From positions 1,728,001 to 1,792,000 of the forward strand of contig CAXVYR010000004.1 of the NCBI GenBank assembly GCA_963666975.2: a DNA stretch of 64,000 bases. The letters are read 5' to 3'. The DNA is from Terriglobia bacterium (lineage in GTDB: Bacteria > Acidobacteriota > Terriglobia > 2-12-FULL-54-10). The translations under genes and the position numbers were made by a program. Below the pieces are notes generated by a model. That model saw only the letters and a list, made by a program, of their open reading frames with translations, was not told the origin of the DNA and did no database searches. Below, in pieces: positions 18,959-28,591 of this stretch. Each line of letters opens with the position of its first letter. The first letter of the stretch is position 1.

Positions 18959-19494
18959 TCACCATATTGCAGCGACCCTCGTCTTCTTGCCGCCTCGCTC
19001 AATATAAACAAAAGCATGCTTCCGGCCAAATTCAAATAATTTACGCGTAAGCAGCACGTCGCACTTGCAATACCGTTCCAACGCCTTGATCTTTCGCTCC
19101 CGGTACAAGCGAATAGCCTGCAATCCATCCGCTCCTTTCTTTTCTTCCAGGGTTGTGGTTACCAGGTCATCCAGCTTCGGTCGAAAACCAAGGTCTCTTT
19201 CGCACCTTTTCATTATGTCCACTGTTTTATACCGTTTTCACAAATGGTGTAGACTCGCACGGGCCGAAATCCGAGCCGCGACTGTAAAGGAGCGACCACG
19301 AAACGTTGGTTGGCCGATCATCGCTGGATGGCCGCTCCATAACTGTCGCGGCTCTGACGGTCTACACCATTTGTGAAATTGCTCTAGGCCCAACAGGTCC
19401 TACCGCGCCATAGCGGTCCAGCACCAAGTAGTCGAATCCCAAGAGGTTGAAACACACAATCTGATCCGCTTTGTGAATCTCTTCCAGCAGCAAA
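18959..19494 (-). pseudogene. RNase H-like (YprB-type) protein, interrupted by a MITE and 5'-truncated by an IS fragment
   Basis: ADQIVCFNLLGFDYLVL..GP|KTVDIM..KLDDL..YCKCDVLLT. Confidence 0.8.
19228..19386. mobile_element. MITE with IS630-type ends carrying a REP doublet (AGCCGCG family), TA duplicated
   Basis: Perfect inner IR TTTCACAAATGGTGTAGAC; removal leaving one TA restores GGG CCT AAA ACA GTG in frame. Confidence 0.9.
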
Positions 19495-19664
19495 GCCGCG
19501 TCCCGCGTTTGATCTCCCGGACGGCCTTCTCGACCGCCCCCCTGTCGTCTTGTTTTTGTCTCATCTTCGTTCCTTTCAGTCTCTACAATGAGCCAAAAAC
19601 TTCACCTTAACAATTACCCTCTTCCTGTACCCTCTTCCTGTCCAACAAGTCCTGACGGGGAACA
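19495..19664 (-). mobile_element. Left-end fragment of the IS at 4655-6167, inverted
   Basis: Reverse complement matches 4655 to ~4811, including the start of orfA; small internal duplication TACCCTCTTCCTG. Confidence 0.92.
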
Positions 19665-19993
19665 GCGCCCGCGTATTTGGGGATGATCCGGGCTGCACAC
19701 CTGCCAGCATAAAAACGTCAGCGTCCCGGCGCGGTCCGCGTCGAATTCCATCTCCACGGTGTGCCCGGCAGGCACGTCCACCGGTCCGAGACGCAACAGT
19801 GGAATGGCGAAAGTATGAAGGACGTCGGCACTGCGCAGGTGCAACGCGACATGGTCCCCCTGTTCGAGTGAGATCTCCTCCGTCCGTTTGCGCTGTCCTC
19901 TCCAGTAGTTGTGGCCAACAACTTCCTCCTCGGTCCAGTAGCCGCCGTCAGCCACGGCGGTGAGCGTGATGAGCTTGCTGCCCGGCGGGTAGT
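19665..19993 (-). pseudogene. Cupredoxin / cytochrome c oxidase subunit II-like fragment
   Basis: LRSADVLHTFAIP..FLCWQVCSPDH; truncated at both ends. Confidence 0.7.
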
Positions 19994-20212
19994 GACTGGC
20001 CGCGCTCGCCCGACAGCCCCAGGCAGGCGGAGCACTCCGCAGACGGCGATCGGCTGCTGGACGTGGAAGAGGCGGCGCGAAAACTGGGGGAATCGAAGGA
20101 CTACCTCTATCGTCACTCTGGCGATTATCCCTTCACGGTCCGCGATGGACGCAGCTTGCGATTTAGTGAGCAAGGGATCGAGAAATTCATCCGGCAGAGG
20201 GTGGGACGGTGA
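19994..20212 (+). pseudogene. Excisionase-like HTH protein, 5'-truncated (not in the ORF track)
   Basis: DRLLDVEEAARKLGESKDYLYRH..SLRFSEQGIEKFIRQR* directly upstream of the integrase. Confidence 0.75.
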
Positions 20213-20301
20213 CCATTTTGCTTGAACAGGCAAGCCAAGACCGTTTAGGGTGCTTCCCCCTGGCTACGCTCCAGGGTAGCCGAACAAAGGAGGTATAACC
20301 G

Positions 20302-21423
20302 ATGCGGGGAATGGGCAGAATCTTTCAAATGCGTGGCAGCAAGAACTGGTGGATCGCCTACAACCACCGCGGGAAGGAAAACCGCGAGTCATGCGGATCG
20401 CCGGATCGTACAGAGGCCGAGAAACTGCTGAAGCATCGGCTGCGAGAAATCGGCGCGGACATGCTCGGTCTGAAGGCCTTTGTAGGACCCCAACAGGATC
20501 GCTTACTGGTCAAAGACCTGTTAGACGAACTGGAAGCGGATTTCAAACCTCGCCAAATCAAAGGTCTTCGACCAGCGGTCAGCCATCTGGATATCGTGCG
20601 CCGGGCACTCGGCGATCTGCGGGCCGCTAAACTGACAACTGCCACGGTGAACGACTATATAAACCAAAGACTGGAGGAGAAAAAAAAGCCAGCGACGATC
20701 AATCGCGAAACCGCGATGCTTAGCGCAGCGCTCCGGCTGGCATTCCGCCGCCGGCATATCAGCTCGGTGCTGGAGATTTCAAAACTGCGGGAGGACAACG
20801 CTCGGCAGGGTTTCTTCGAACAAGCGGAATTCGAGGCCGTGGACGAGCATATGACGGAATACCTAAAGGGCTTTGCTCATTTCGGCTACTTGAGCGGTTG
20901 GCGCAAGTCGGAGATCTCTTCTCTGCTATGGGTGGACGTGGACAGGCTCGGAAGGGTAATCCGCCTGCGCTCGCAGAATTCCAAAAACGGCGTAGGCCGC
21001 GTGCTGGCTTTGGAAGGCGAGTTGTGGGACATCATCGAGCGCCAGTGGCACGCACGGCAATATGAGCAAGAAAATGGAACCGTTGCCTTTTCACAGCATG
21101 TTTTCCATCGGGATGGCGCCCCCATCGGGGATATTCGGAAGGCCTGGGCTTCGTCCTGCAAGAAGGCTGAAGTTGAGGGGCGGCTCTTTCATGACCTGCG
21201 TCGGACAGCGGTTCGGAATATGATTCGGGCCGGGGTTCCTGAACGAGTGGCGATGTCCATCGGCGGCCACAAGACGCGCGCCATCTTCGATCGGTACAAC
21301 ATCGTCTCCGAGGACGACCTGCGCCAGGCGGTCCAGAAAACGCAATCCTACCTGAAGGGCGCTACCTCCAAAGCCAAGGTTGTCGTGTCGATCAGAAAGA
21401 AGAAAGCAGGAGGTTCCCGATGA
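20302..21423 (+). CDS. Tyrosine integrase
   Basis: SGWRKSE (R), FHDLRR and GHKT..DRY catalytic motifs. Confidence 0.95.
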   Translation: MRGMGRIFQMRGSKNWWIAYNHRGKENRESCGSPDRTEAEKLLKHRLREIGADMLGLKAFVGPQQDRLLVKDLLDELEADFKPRQIKGLRPAVSHLDIVRRALGDLRAAKLTTATVNDYINQRLEEKKKPATINRETAMLSAALRLAFRRRHISSVLEISKLREDNARQGFFEQAEFEAVDEHMTEYLKGFAHFGYLSGWRKSEISSLLWVDVDRLGRVIRLRSQNSKNGVGRVLALEGELWDIIERQWHARQYEQENGTVAFSQHVFHRDGAPIGDIRKAWASSCKKAEVEGRLFHDLRRTAVRNMIRAGVPERVAMSIGGHKTRAIFDRYNIVSEDDLRQAVQKTQSYLKGATSKAKVVVSIRKKKAGGSR

Positions 21424-21542
21424 ACGTCGCTAGCAGAAGTCGGAGAGTTCTCGGAGAGTATGCCCAATTTTGATGCAATTTTGCCGCTTGGTTGATGGGG
21501 TTGATTTCCACTATCTGCGCAGTTATCATAGGCTTACCAAAA

Positions 21543-21584
21543 CACGCGCCTGTAGCTCAGCTGGATAGAGCGTTGGTCTCCGGA
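21543..21584 (+). repeat. att site: duplicate of the tRNA-Arg 5' half up to the anticodon loop
   Basis: CACGCGCCTGTAGCTCAGCTGGATAGAGCGTTGGTCTCCGGA identical to 23920-23961. Confidence 0.93.
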
Positions 21585-21887
21585 TTTAATCAAAACAACC
21601 CTCGCCCCTGTAACCCTATTCGGAATCAGTATGGCCCATTCGGATGAAGGTAGTCGTATTCGGGTAGTTTCGCGCCATTCGGCAGTGTTTTATGCAGTGG
21701 TTTATGCAGTGGCGAACCCCTGTGCTGACCAACAATCAAAACCAACGCTCAGGCTAAGTCGAAGTAGCGAAAGGCAGAATCGGCAGCGTGAGCGTTGGTT
21801 TCCCAATCCAACAATCACCTGCAAGACACTGATAATCAGCGCGTTATTTGACCTACTGCATAGAAGCTGCATTTTGTCGGGGGTTGC

Positions 21888-22337
21888 ATGACCCCCCGCA
21901 GAACCACCAAAAGGCCCTCCAGGGCGTACTCAAAGAGCGGGATTAACACGCTGAAAGGCGCTGTGAAGGTCCTGGGAGCCCGTGCGATAGACAAGCGAAC
22001 CAGCACAGGGAAAGCCCTTGCTCTGTGGAGGTTTGAGCTTGTGCAGGACCTTGGCGGAGCGGAAGCAATAAGCACCCAGCAACGGGCCGTTGTGGATTTA
22101 GCCGTGAAAAGCAAATTGATTTTGGACTCAATAGACAACTGGCTCTTGCAGCAGCCATCGTTAATCAATCTGAGAAGGCGGGCGTTACTGCCCGTGGTAA
22201 TTCAGCGACAACAATTGGCTGATGGCCTGTTGCGGGCGCTCGAAAAGCTTGGCCTGGAGCGGCGGGCGAAGCCGGTTCCGGCCCTGCGTGAATACCTGGA
22301 GGCGAAGTATCAGGCCGGGCCGGAGAAATCCGTTTGA
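21888..22337 (+). CDS. Phage/satellite-type hypothetical protein
   Basis: 149 aa, IDKRT..DLGG..LEKLGLERRAK; lies inside the att-bounded element. Confidence 0.65.
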   Translation: MTPRRTTKRPSRAYSKSGINTLKGAVKVLGARAIDKRTSTGKALALWRFELVQDLGGAEAISTQQRAVVDLAVKSKLILDSIDNWLLQQPSLINLRRRALLPVVIQRQQLADGLLRALEKLGLERRAKPVPALREYLEAKYQAGPEKSV

Positions 22338-22400
22338 GGGCGTTCGCAGGGGGGGGTTGGGATTGGGGGGTACTTAGGTATGGCAACGGGCGCTGCGATG

Positions 22401-23516
22401 GGCGTTGGTGCATGAATCGGCCTCGGCTCCCCCGCTAGCATTGGCTCGGTGTCCCGATCCATCATGGAGATCAAGGGGGGCAACGTCATGGCCGCAGGGA
22501 AGTCGAGCCGAGTCAACCGCAAGTACAAGACGAAGTACAGAATCCGGAACTGGAGGGAATACGAGCGTGGCCTCAGGAGCCGCGGCGACGTCACGATCTG
22601 GCTGAACGAGGAGGTGATCGCCGCGTGGACACCGGCGAAGAACGGTCTCCGCGGAGGCCAGCGGCGGTACTCGAACCTCGCGATCTTGACCGCGTTGACG
22701 CTGCGGGTCGTCTTCCGCCTGCCGCTTCGCCAGACCGAGGGTTTCCTGGACTCGCTGCTCAGCTTGATGGACCTCGACCTCAAGGCCCCGGACCACACCA
22801 CACTCTCGCGCCGGAACCAAATCGTTGAGGTGCCGCCCCTAACCCGAGCCCACGACGGCCCGATCCACCTGATCGTCGATTCCACGGGGCTCAAGATCCT
22901 GGGTTGCGGCGAGTGGAACGCGCACAAGTACAAGGCATCCAAGAAACGCCGGGACTGGCGAAAGCTGCACATCGGAGTGGATGACGAGGGGTTCATTGTG
23001 GCGGCCGAACTCACGACGAGCAGCGGGGACGACGCCTCCGCCCTGCCGGATCTGCTCGACCAGATCGAGGTTCCCATCCGGCGTTTCACGGCGGACGGGG
23101 CCTACGACCACAGGTCGATCTACGATCAGGTCGGCGCGGCCGGTACAGAGGACGTCGTGATCGTGATCCCCCCTCGTCGCTGTGCGGTGGACGCTGGGCC
23201 CACGGACGGCCCGTGGGCGCAACGAGAAGCGGCTCTTCAGAGGATTCGTAAGATCGGACGACGAGAGTGGCAGAAGGAGTCGGGCTACCGACAGCAGGCG
23301 CGCGTTGAGAACGGGTTCTTCCGATACAAGTCAGTGCTCGGAGGAAGCCTGAAGGCGAGGAACAGCAACGCGCAAAGGAGAGAGGCCACGATCGGGTGTC
23401 ACATCCTCAACCGGATGGCCGAGCTCGGCAGGCCGAAGTCCTACGCCGTGCTGTCATGAACGAGGCGTTGGAAAAGCGGCCTGACTCGCGCCAAGGTTGA
23501 ATCGTGCAACAGCGCC
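22401..23516 (+). mobile_element. IS5 family (IS903 group) element, no TSD
   Basis: Ends GGCGTTGGTGCATGA / GGCGCTGTTGCACGA; flanks unrelated. Confidence 0.9.
22488..23459 (+). CDS. IS5-family transposase
   Basis: NWREYERGLRSRG, VDSTGLK, WRKLHIGVD, TADGAYD and ARVENGFFRYK motifs. Confidence 0.93.
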   Translation: MAAGKSSRVNRKYKTKYRIRNWREYERGLRSRGDVTIWLNEEVIAAWTPAKNGLRGGQRRYSNLAILTALTLRVVFRLPLRQTEGFLDSLLSLMDLDLKAPDHTTLSRRNQIVEVPPLTRAHDGPIHLIVDSTGLKILGCGEWNAHKYKASKKRRDWRKLHIGVDDEGFIVAAELTTSSGDDASALPDLLDQIEVPIRRFTADGAYDHRSIYDQVGAAGTEDVVIVIPPRRCAVDAGPTDGPWAQREAALQRIRKIGRREWQKESGYRQQARVENGFFRYKSVLGGSLKARNSNAQRREATIGCHILNRMAELGRPKSYAVLS

Positions 23517-23911
23517 AAGCCCCGGTTTCAGTGATTGCCCCACTAGCAAGGATTCTAGAAGAGTATCTGAACGGTCGGGCAGAAGGTCTGATATTCAGAT
23601 CAAGAAGAGGAACGCCTCTGCATCTGGATAATTTAGCCAAGCGTAAAATCAGACCTGTTCTTGAAAAAATGGAGATTGGTTGGTACGGCTTCCACGCTTT
23701 CCGGCGCGGACTCGCAACAAACCTGGATCAATTGGGGGTCGCCCCTAAGGATATTCAGGCGATCTTGCGACACTCCGACTTTGAGACCACGATGAACCAC
23801 TACGTCAAGGCGGTCCCGGAATCGGCAAGGAAGGCAATGGAGAGCTTGGAACAGTTAATATGCAGTCAGTATGCAGTAAACGATGATGACAGGAAGGCTC
23901 AAGTTGTTTAA
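23517..23911 (+). pseudogene. C-terminal fragment of a second tyrosine integrase
   Basis: FHAFRRGLAT..LRHSD..TMNHY; begins at the IS5 end. Confidence 0.88.
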
Positions 23912-23922
23912 AATGAAGTCAC

Positions 23923-23999
23923 GCGCCTGTAGCTCAGCTGGATAGAGCGTTGGTCTCCGGAACCAAAGGTCGGAGGTTCGAATCCTCTCAGGCGTACCA
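23923..23999 (+). tRNA. tRNA-Arg(CCG)
   Basis: Full cloverleaf, anticodon arm TTGGT-CTCCGGA-ACCAA, GGTTCGAATCC, encoded CCA. Confidence 0.97.
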
Positions 24000-24149
24000 T
24001 TCTTTCAAGGGGTTAGGGCTGAACGCTCTAACCCCTTAGTTGTTTCATCTAACAGCCATCTAACGATTCGGCGGGCATCGATTTAAAACGGGTGTATACT
24101 CGCAACCGCCGGAGGGCCCCAAAACTAATTCCGGCTAGGAGCATTCCTC

Positions 24150-25142
24150 GTGCAGGTGCGGCAGCTGGGAAGGAATGGACTCACCGTATCCTCCATAGGG
24201 CTGGGGTGTATGGGCATGTCAGCCTTATACGGGCCACGGGATGATCAGGAGTCCGTTGCGACTATCCACCGTGCCCTCGACCGGGGATTGCACTTTTTTG
24301 ACACGGCCGATGTTTACGGGCGTGGCCACAATGAAGAGCTAGTCGGTAAGGCGATCCGCAAGCGCCGGGGTGAAATCGTCCTGGCGACCAAGTTCGGCTT
24401 TATCCTGGGAAACGACGGCGGCTTGTCCGGTGTCAACGGGAGGCCGGAGTATGTTCGATCCGCTTGCGAGGCCAGCCTGCGCCGTCTGGGCGTGGACGTT
24501 ATCGACCTCTATTACCTCCACCGGGTTGACCCGAGCACGCCCATCGAAGAGACTGTGGGCGCGATGGCGGAACTCGTGCGGGAGGGCAAGGTTCGCTATC
24601 TGGGTTTATCGGAAGCGGCGCCCCGGACGGTCCGCCGGGCGCATGCCGTTCATCAGATAGCGGCTTTGCAAAATGAGTATTCCCTGTTCACGCGGGACCA
24701 CGAGGAGGAGGTTCTCCCCACCTGCCGGGAACTCGGGATTGGTTTCGTCGCCTACTGCCCGCTGGGCAGGGGCTTTCTCACGGGCCGGATCCAGAGCCTG
24801 AAGGATCTGGCAGCCGATGACATGCGCCGTTTCATGCCGCGTTTCGAGGAGGAAAACTTCCAGCGGAATCTCGAAGTGCTGAGGCGCATTGAGGCGATCG
24901 CGGCGGAGAAAGGATGTAAACCATCGCAGCTTGCTCTGCGATGGCTGCTGGCACAGGAGGAATCAATCGTACCCATCCCGGGCACGAAGCGGCGAACCTA
25001 TCTGGAAGAGAACCTCGCCTCGCTCGATATGGAACTCACCGCAGAGGAACTGACGCGCCTCAATGAGGCGGCGCCGCGTGGGGTTGCTTCCGGTCCGCGC
25101 TATGCGGCCCCCCTCATGCGGTTCATCCAGTCGAGCGGCTGA
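24150..25142 (+). CDS. Aldo/keto reductase
   Basis: [28 protein letters not shown] and PIPGTK motifs. Confidence 0.95.
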   Translation: MQVRQLGRNGLTVSSIGLGCMGMSALYGPRDDQESVATIHRALDRGLHFFDTADVYGRGHNEELVGKAIRKRRGEIVLATKFGFILGNDGGLSGVNGRPEYVRSACEASLRRLGVDVIDLYYLHRVDPSTPIEETVGAMAELVREGKVRYLGLSEAAPRTVRRAHAVHQIAALQNEYSLFTRDHEEEVLPTCRELGIGFVAYCPLGRGFLTGRIQSLKDLAADDMRRFMPRFEEENFQRNLEVLRRIEAIAAEKGCKPSQLALRWLLAQEESIVPIPGTKRRTYLEENLASLDMELTAEELTRLNEAAPRGVASGPRYAAPLMRFIQSSG

Positions 25143-25306
25143 GACGCCTGCCGGAGGCCATTCAAGGTCTGTCAATGAATTTCGAGGCAGACTTAGTCCT
25201 TTGATTTAACTCAGAGTTGGAGCGGGCCACGCAGCATGTATTCGAAATGCGTCGCTCCGCACTTGCCGTGTAAAACCCTTCCTGGAAACTTGGGTTTTCG
25301 GGTGCA

Positions 25307-25496
25307 GAAACCATGTGGTTTTGAAACAGGTAGAACTGCTGGATTCGGGTATGAGGGATCAGCAACATAAGCGTCGCTTTTCATGCCCCCTTTTGGCACA
25401 CCTGTGCCAAAAACCTCTTCCACGATCACCCTTGATCTAGTTGAAAAAACTAACCCCTATGAGGGCAATTTATCTGTTCCAAAACCACATGGTTTC
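25307..25496. repeat. Inverted pair of 23-bp self-palindromic sites
   Basis: GAAACCATGTGGTTTTGAAACAG (25307-25329) matches the reverse complement of 25474-25496 at 22/23. Confidence 0.8.
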
Positions 25497-25647
25497 CACC
25501 CGCTAGTAAAGCTCAGTTTCCGAGTGCGCCGTCACACGGCCACTGAGCGGTTCTCAGGCCGTAAAACCGCTTCTTTGAAGCGGGGGCGATTATCTGGGAT
25601 ATGTCTTCACGAAGCTCTTACATCAACAAATTTCTTCCCAGAGTACC

Positions 25648-25853
25648 GCGACCAAAGGAAGTACGCAGAGGCCGAGCCGCTTTTCCGACGTGCGCTGTTG
25701 ATCGCGGAGAAGACCCTGGGGCCAGAGCATCCAAATGTGGCCCAAGTCCTAGAGAACTACGCGGACCTTCTACGCAAAATGGGGCGCGCAGAAGAGGCGA
25801 CAGAAATGGAAGCCCGCGCTCAGGCGATTCGGGCCAAGATTGCCCACCAGTAG
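25648..25853 (+). pseudogene. C-terminal TPR fragment
   Basis: KYAEAEPLFRRAL..LGPEHPNVAQVLENYA; paralogous to 41310-42727. Confidence 0.8.
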
Positions 25854-26076
25854 AACTTACCTCACAATAGAAATCTCGGCTGACACGACAGGGCAGGAGG
25901 CATAGGTTTTTGGGTGAGAGCAAGCTCAAAATGGATATTCAGGGTAATAGGCCTTTGGTACCATTGACTACGGCACTGCCGACCTCGCACACTCACACTG
26001 CCCCCCTCAATATCTGGTAAGGAAAGCTAAGGAAGATGGAAATTCCGGAAAAAATACCAAATAAGGAGACTTGCAG

Positions 26077-27228
26077 ATGAGTCGCTCTATTCGCACACTT
26101 CCACTTGTGCGCTCGGCCTTGCTAGGCGCGGCTGTGGTGTCACTCTTTACCCTGGCGGTCGCGGGTCAGCCGGGTGTCGGAACCTGGACCAATACGGACA
26201 GCTTGAAAACCGCCCGAGCGAGCCACACGGCAACGCTGCTGCACAACGGCATAGTCCTAGTGGCTGGGGGCTTCGCGAGTGATTTTTCGTCAGCTGAGCT
26301 CTATGACCGTCGGACCGGAATCTGGACCAATACCGGCAACCTGATCACCGGTCGGATACAAGGTCACACGGCAACGCTGCTGCAGGACGGCAGCGTGTTG
26401 GTTGCTGGGGGCCTCGGTTGCACCGGCTCTTGTGTGCCCGTGGACTCAGCTGAGCTTTATGACCCCGGGACCGAGACCTGGACCAATACCGGCAACCTGA
26501 ACACTGCCCGGGTCGAGCACACGGCAACACTGCTGCACAACGGTTTGGTGCTCGTAGCTGGCGGAATTCTTGTAGGAGGAGGCGGCGTCTCCTCCTCCGC
26601 CGAGCTCTATGACCCTCGGAACGGAACCTGGACTGATACCGACAACATGAACGCCACCCGGGAGGGCCACACGGCAACGCTGCTGCGGGACGGCATGGTA
26701 CTGGTGGTGGGCGGGCGTGGTGGGTCGTCGGCTGAGCTGTATGACCCGCGGACCGAAACCTGGACCAATACGGACAGCTTGAGTACAGTCTCGGTCTTCG
26801 AGGTCTTATCCCGGCACACGGCAACGCTGCTGTACAACGGTATGGTTATGGTGGCTGGGGGCCGCGTTTGCATCGGCTCTTGTGTGACCGTGACCTCAGC
26901 TGAGCTCTATGACCCTCGGACCGGGACCTGGACGGATACGGGCAGCTTGAACACCGCCCGAGTGGCTCACACGGCAACCCTTCTACGTAACGGCATGGTG
27001 CTGGTGGCTGGGGGCAGCGACACGGCACTTGGCTCTGGCAATATCGGCTTGGACTCAGCTGAGCTTTATGACCCCAGGACCGAGACCTGGACCAATACCG
27101 GCAGGCTGGACACCGCCCGAACGGTTCACACGGCGACGCTGCTGCGCAACGGTACGGTACTGGCGGCGGGCGGCTTTGCCATCACCTTTGTGCCAGTGCC
27201 AGCGGTCGAGCTGTTCCGCCCGCGCTGA
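26077..27228 (+). CDS. Secreted Kelch-repeat beta-propeller protein
   Basis: Signal peptide + 7 copies of HTATLL..G.VL..GG..(S)AEL(YD). Confidence 0.92.
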   Translation: MSRSIRTLPLVRSALLGAAVVSLFTLAVAGQPGVGTWTNTDSLKTARASHTATLLHNGIVLVAGGFASDFSSAELYDRRTGIWTNTGNLITGRIQGHTATLLQDGSVLVAGGLGCTGSCVPVDSAELYDPGTETWTNTGNLNTARVEHTATLLHNGLVLVAGGILVGGGGVSSSAELYDPRNGTWTDTDNMNATREGHTATLLRDGMVLVVGGRGGSSAELYDPRTETWTNTDSLSTVSVFEVLSRHTATLLYNGMVMVAGGRVCIGSCVTVTSAELYDPRTGTWTDTGSLNTARVAHTATLLRNGMVLVAGGSDTALGSGNIGLDSAELYDPRTETWTNTGRLDTARTVHTATLLRNGTVLAAGGFAITFVPVPAVELFRPR

Positions 27229-27235
27229 ATTGGAC

Positions 27236-27335
27236 AGATGCCGACTTCATCGAGTTCTATAATCACCGCCGCTACCACGAAGGCATCGGCAACGTGACGC
27301 CAGCTGACGTGTACTTCGGCCGGTGGGAAGACACG
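27236..27335 (+). pseudogene. IS3-like transposase C-terminal scrap
   Basis: [26 protein letters not shown]. Confidence 0.7.
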
Positions 27336-27911
27336 AGGCGACAGAACGGGAAGCCCGCGCTCAGGCCATCCACGCCAAGCACGCCCAAGAGAACCCGCAA
27401 GAATAAAGTGAAGGTGGTCAGATTGACCGGCTCCGGAATCTTGTACCAATTCAGGGTGAGTTTCCGGCTGTTCTGGGGCTTATCAGATCGCGGAGAGACC
27501 TCATTCCATTACCGGCCACTTGACGCCCGACTCCTAGAAATGCCCTTGGCCGGGCGCAAAATCGCAGTGCAAAAACGTCGCCTCCACGATTACTCCTGAG
27601 TAGTCGCCGACTCGGAAACTGAGCCGAAAAGATTCCCTTTCGGCACAAATAGCTCCGTCACCTGTTTGTGATTGTAATTCAACAAGTTGGCGGGATCAAA
27701 ATGCTTTCGGAGCCTTTTCGGACGGAATCAACCTATTGAAAGCTCGCTCCAACTGGGAAGATCTGCCATAAATTGGCCAATCGGAAAAGTTCTGAAATCG
27801 TCCACTAGGGCGTACCATAAAAATCATTAAGTTACGGTCAATTCATGCAAACCCATTTGGGTTTGATAGGGTTCGATAAGATCGTTGGTCATTGCAGAGA
27901 ACCCCAAAAGG

Positions 27912-28525
27912 GGCACTGTCAAGTTAACGGAGCCAAGCCGAGATTCTTCCCCAACGACAGGAGTCCTGCAATTCCTCAACAGACGCACGTCACCTCTTTC
28001 CAATCGGAAAAAGCCCGGGCTCGGAGGAGTCGATGAAGAGCGGCCTTAAGATGATGACGACCGACTCGGAACAGATTCTGAATGGGTCCGCGAACGGAGA
28101 GAAAACGTTGGGCCTGTACTATTGATTTAAACCGTTTCATCTGGCGTTCTTGCTGACGCGTTGGCTGATGCGAGACTTCAGCCCGGTTGTTCTCGTATTG
28201 ACCGGTGCGATGAACAACGGCAGGAAAGATCTCCCGATGTGCAGCCGGATAACTTCGAAGCTTGTCGGTGATCCGTTGCCAGGGTGCTTGTCCCTGATGT
28301 TTCAACATCTTACGAAAGAAGCGCTTAGCGGCTCGACGATCTCTACGCTTGGTGACTATCATATCGACCACGTCTCCATCCTGATCGACGGCTCGAAAGC
28401 TCAGCGTGAACCGATGGTACAGCCAGACAGCGTAGTTGATGATTTCAGGGGGAAAGCGATGCCCTCGATACATTGATTCCATCCGTCAATTGTGCCTGAC
28501 TCTGTCTTAACTTGACAAAGTTACC
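27912..28525 (-). mobile_element. IS6-family element with an internal deletion
   Basis: End GGCACTGTCAAGTT and a degenerate AACTTGACA; YRGHRFPPEII..FTLSFR joined directly to AVDQDG (first catalytic segment missing). Confidence 0.85.
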
Positions 28526-28591
28526 AAGAGGTTAGAAGATTCGGAATTGACGGAAACGAGAAGTCGTGGCGAATGAAAAGATGAATACGAG

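Noticed and set aside
4655-19664. Composite transposon bounded by the two IS3-like left ends
   Set aside because: Outer flanks (ATCCAC / GCGCCC) show no duplication and the second copy is only 170 bp.
26170-27170. Regular nucleotide repeats resembling an array
   Set aside because: They are in-frame Kelch repeats of one protein.
25511-27624. 15-bp perfect inverted match GCTCAGTTTCCGAGT around the Kelch gene
   Set aside because: A few 15-mer matches are expected by chance in 64 kb, and no TSD or transposase supports it.
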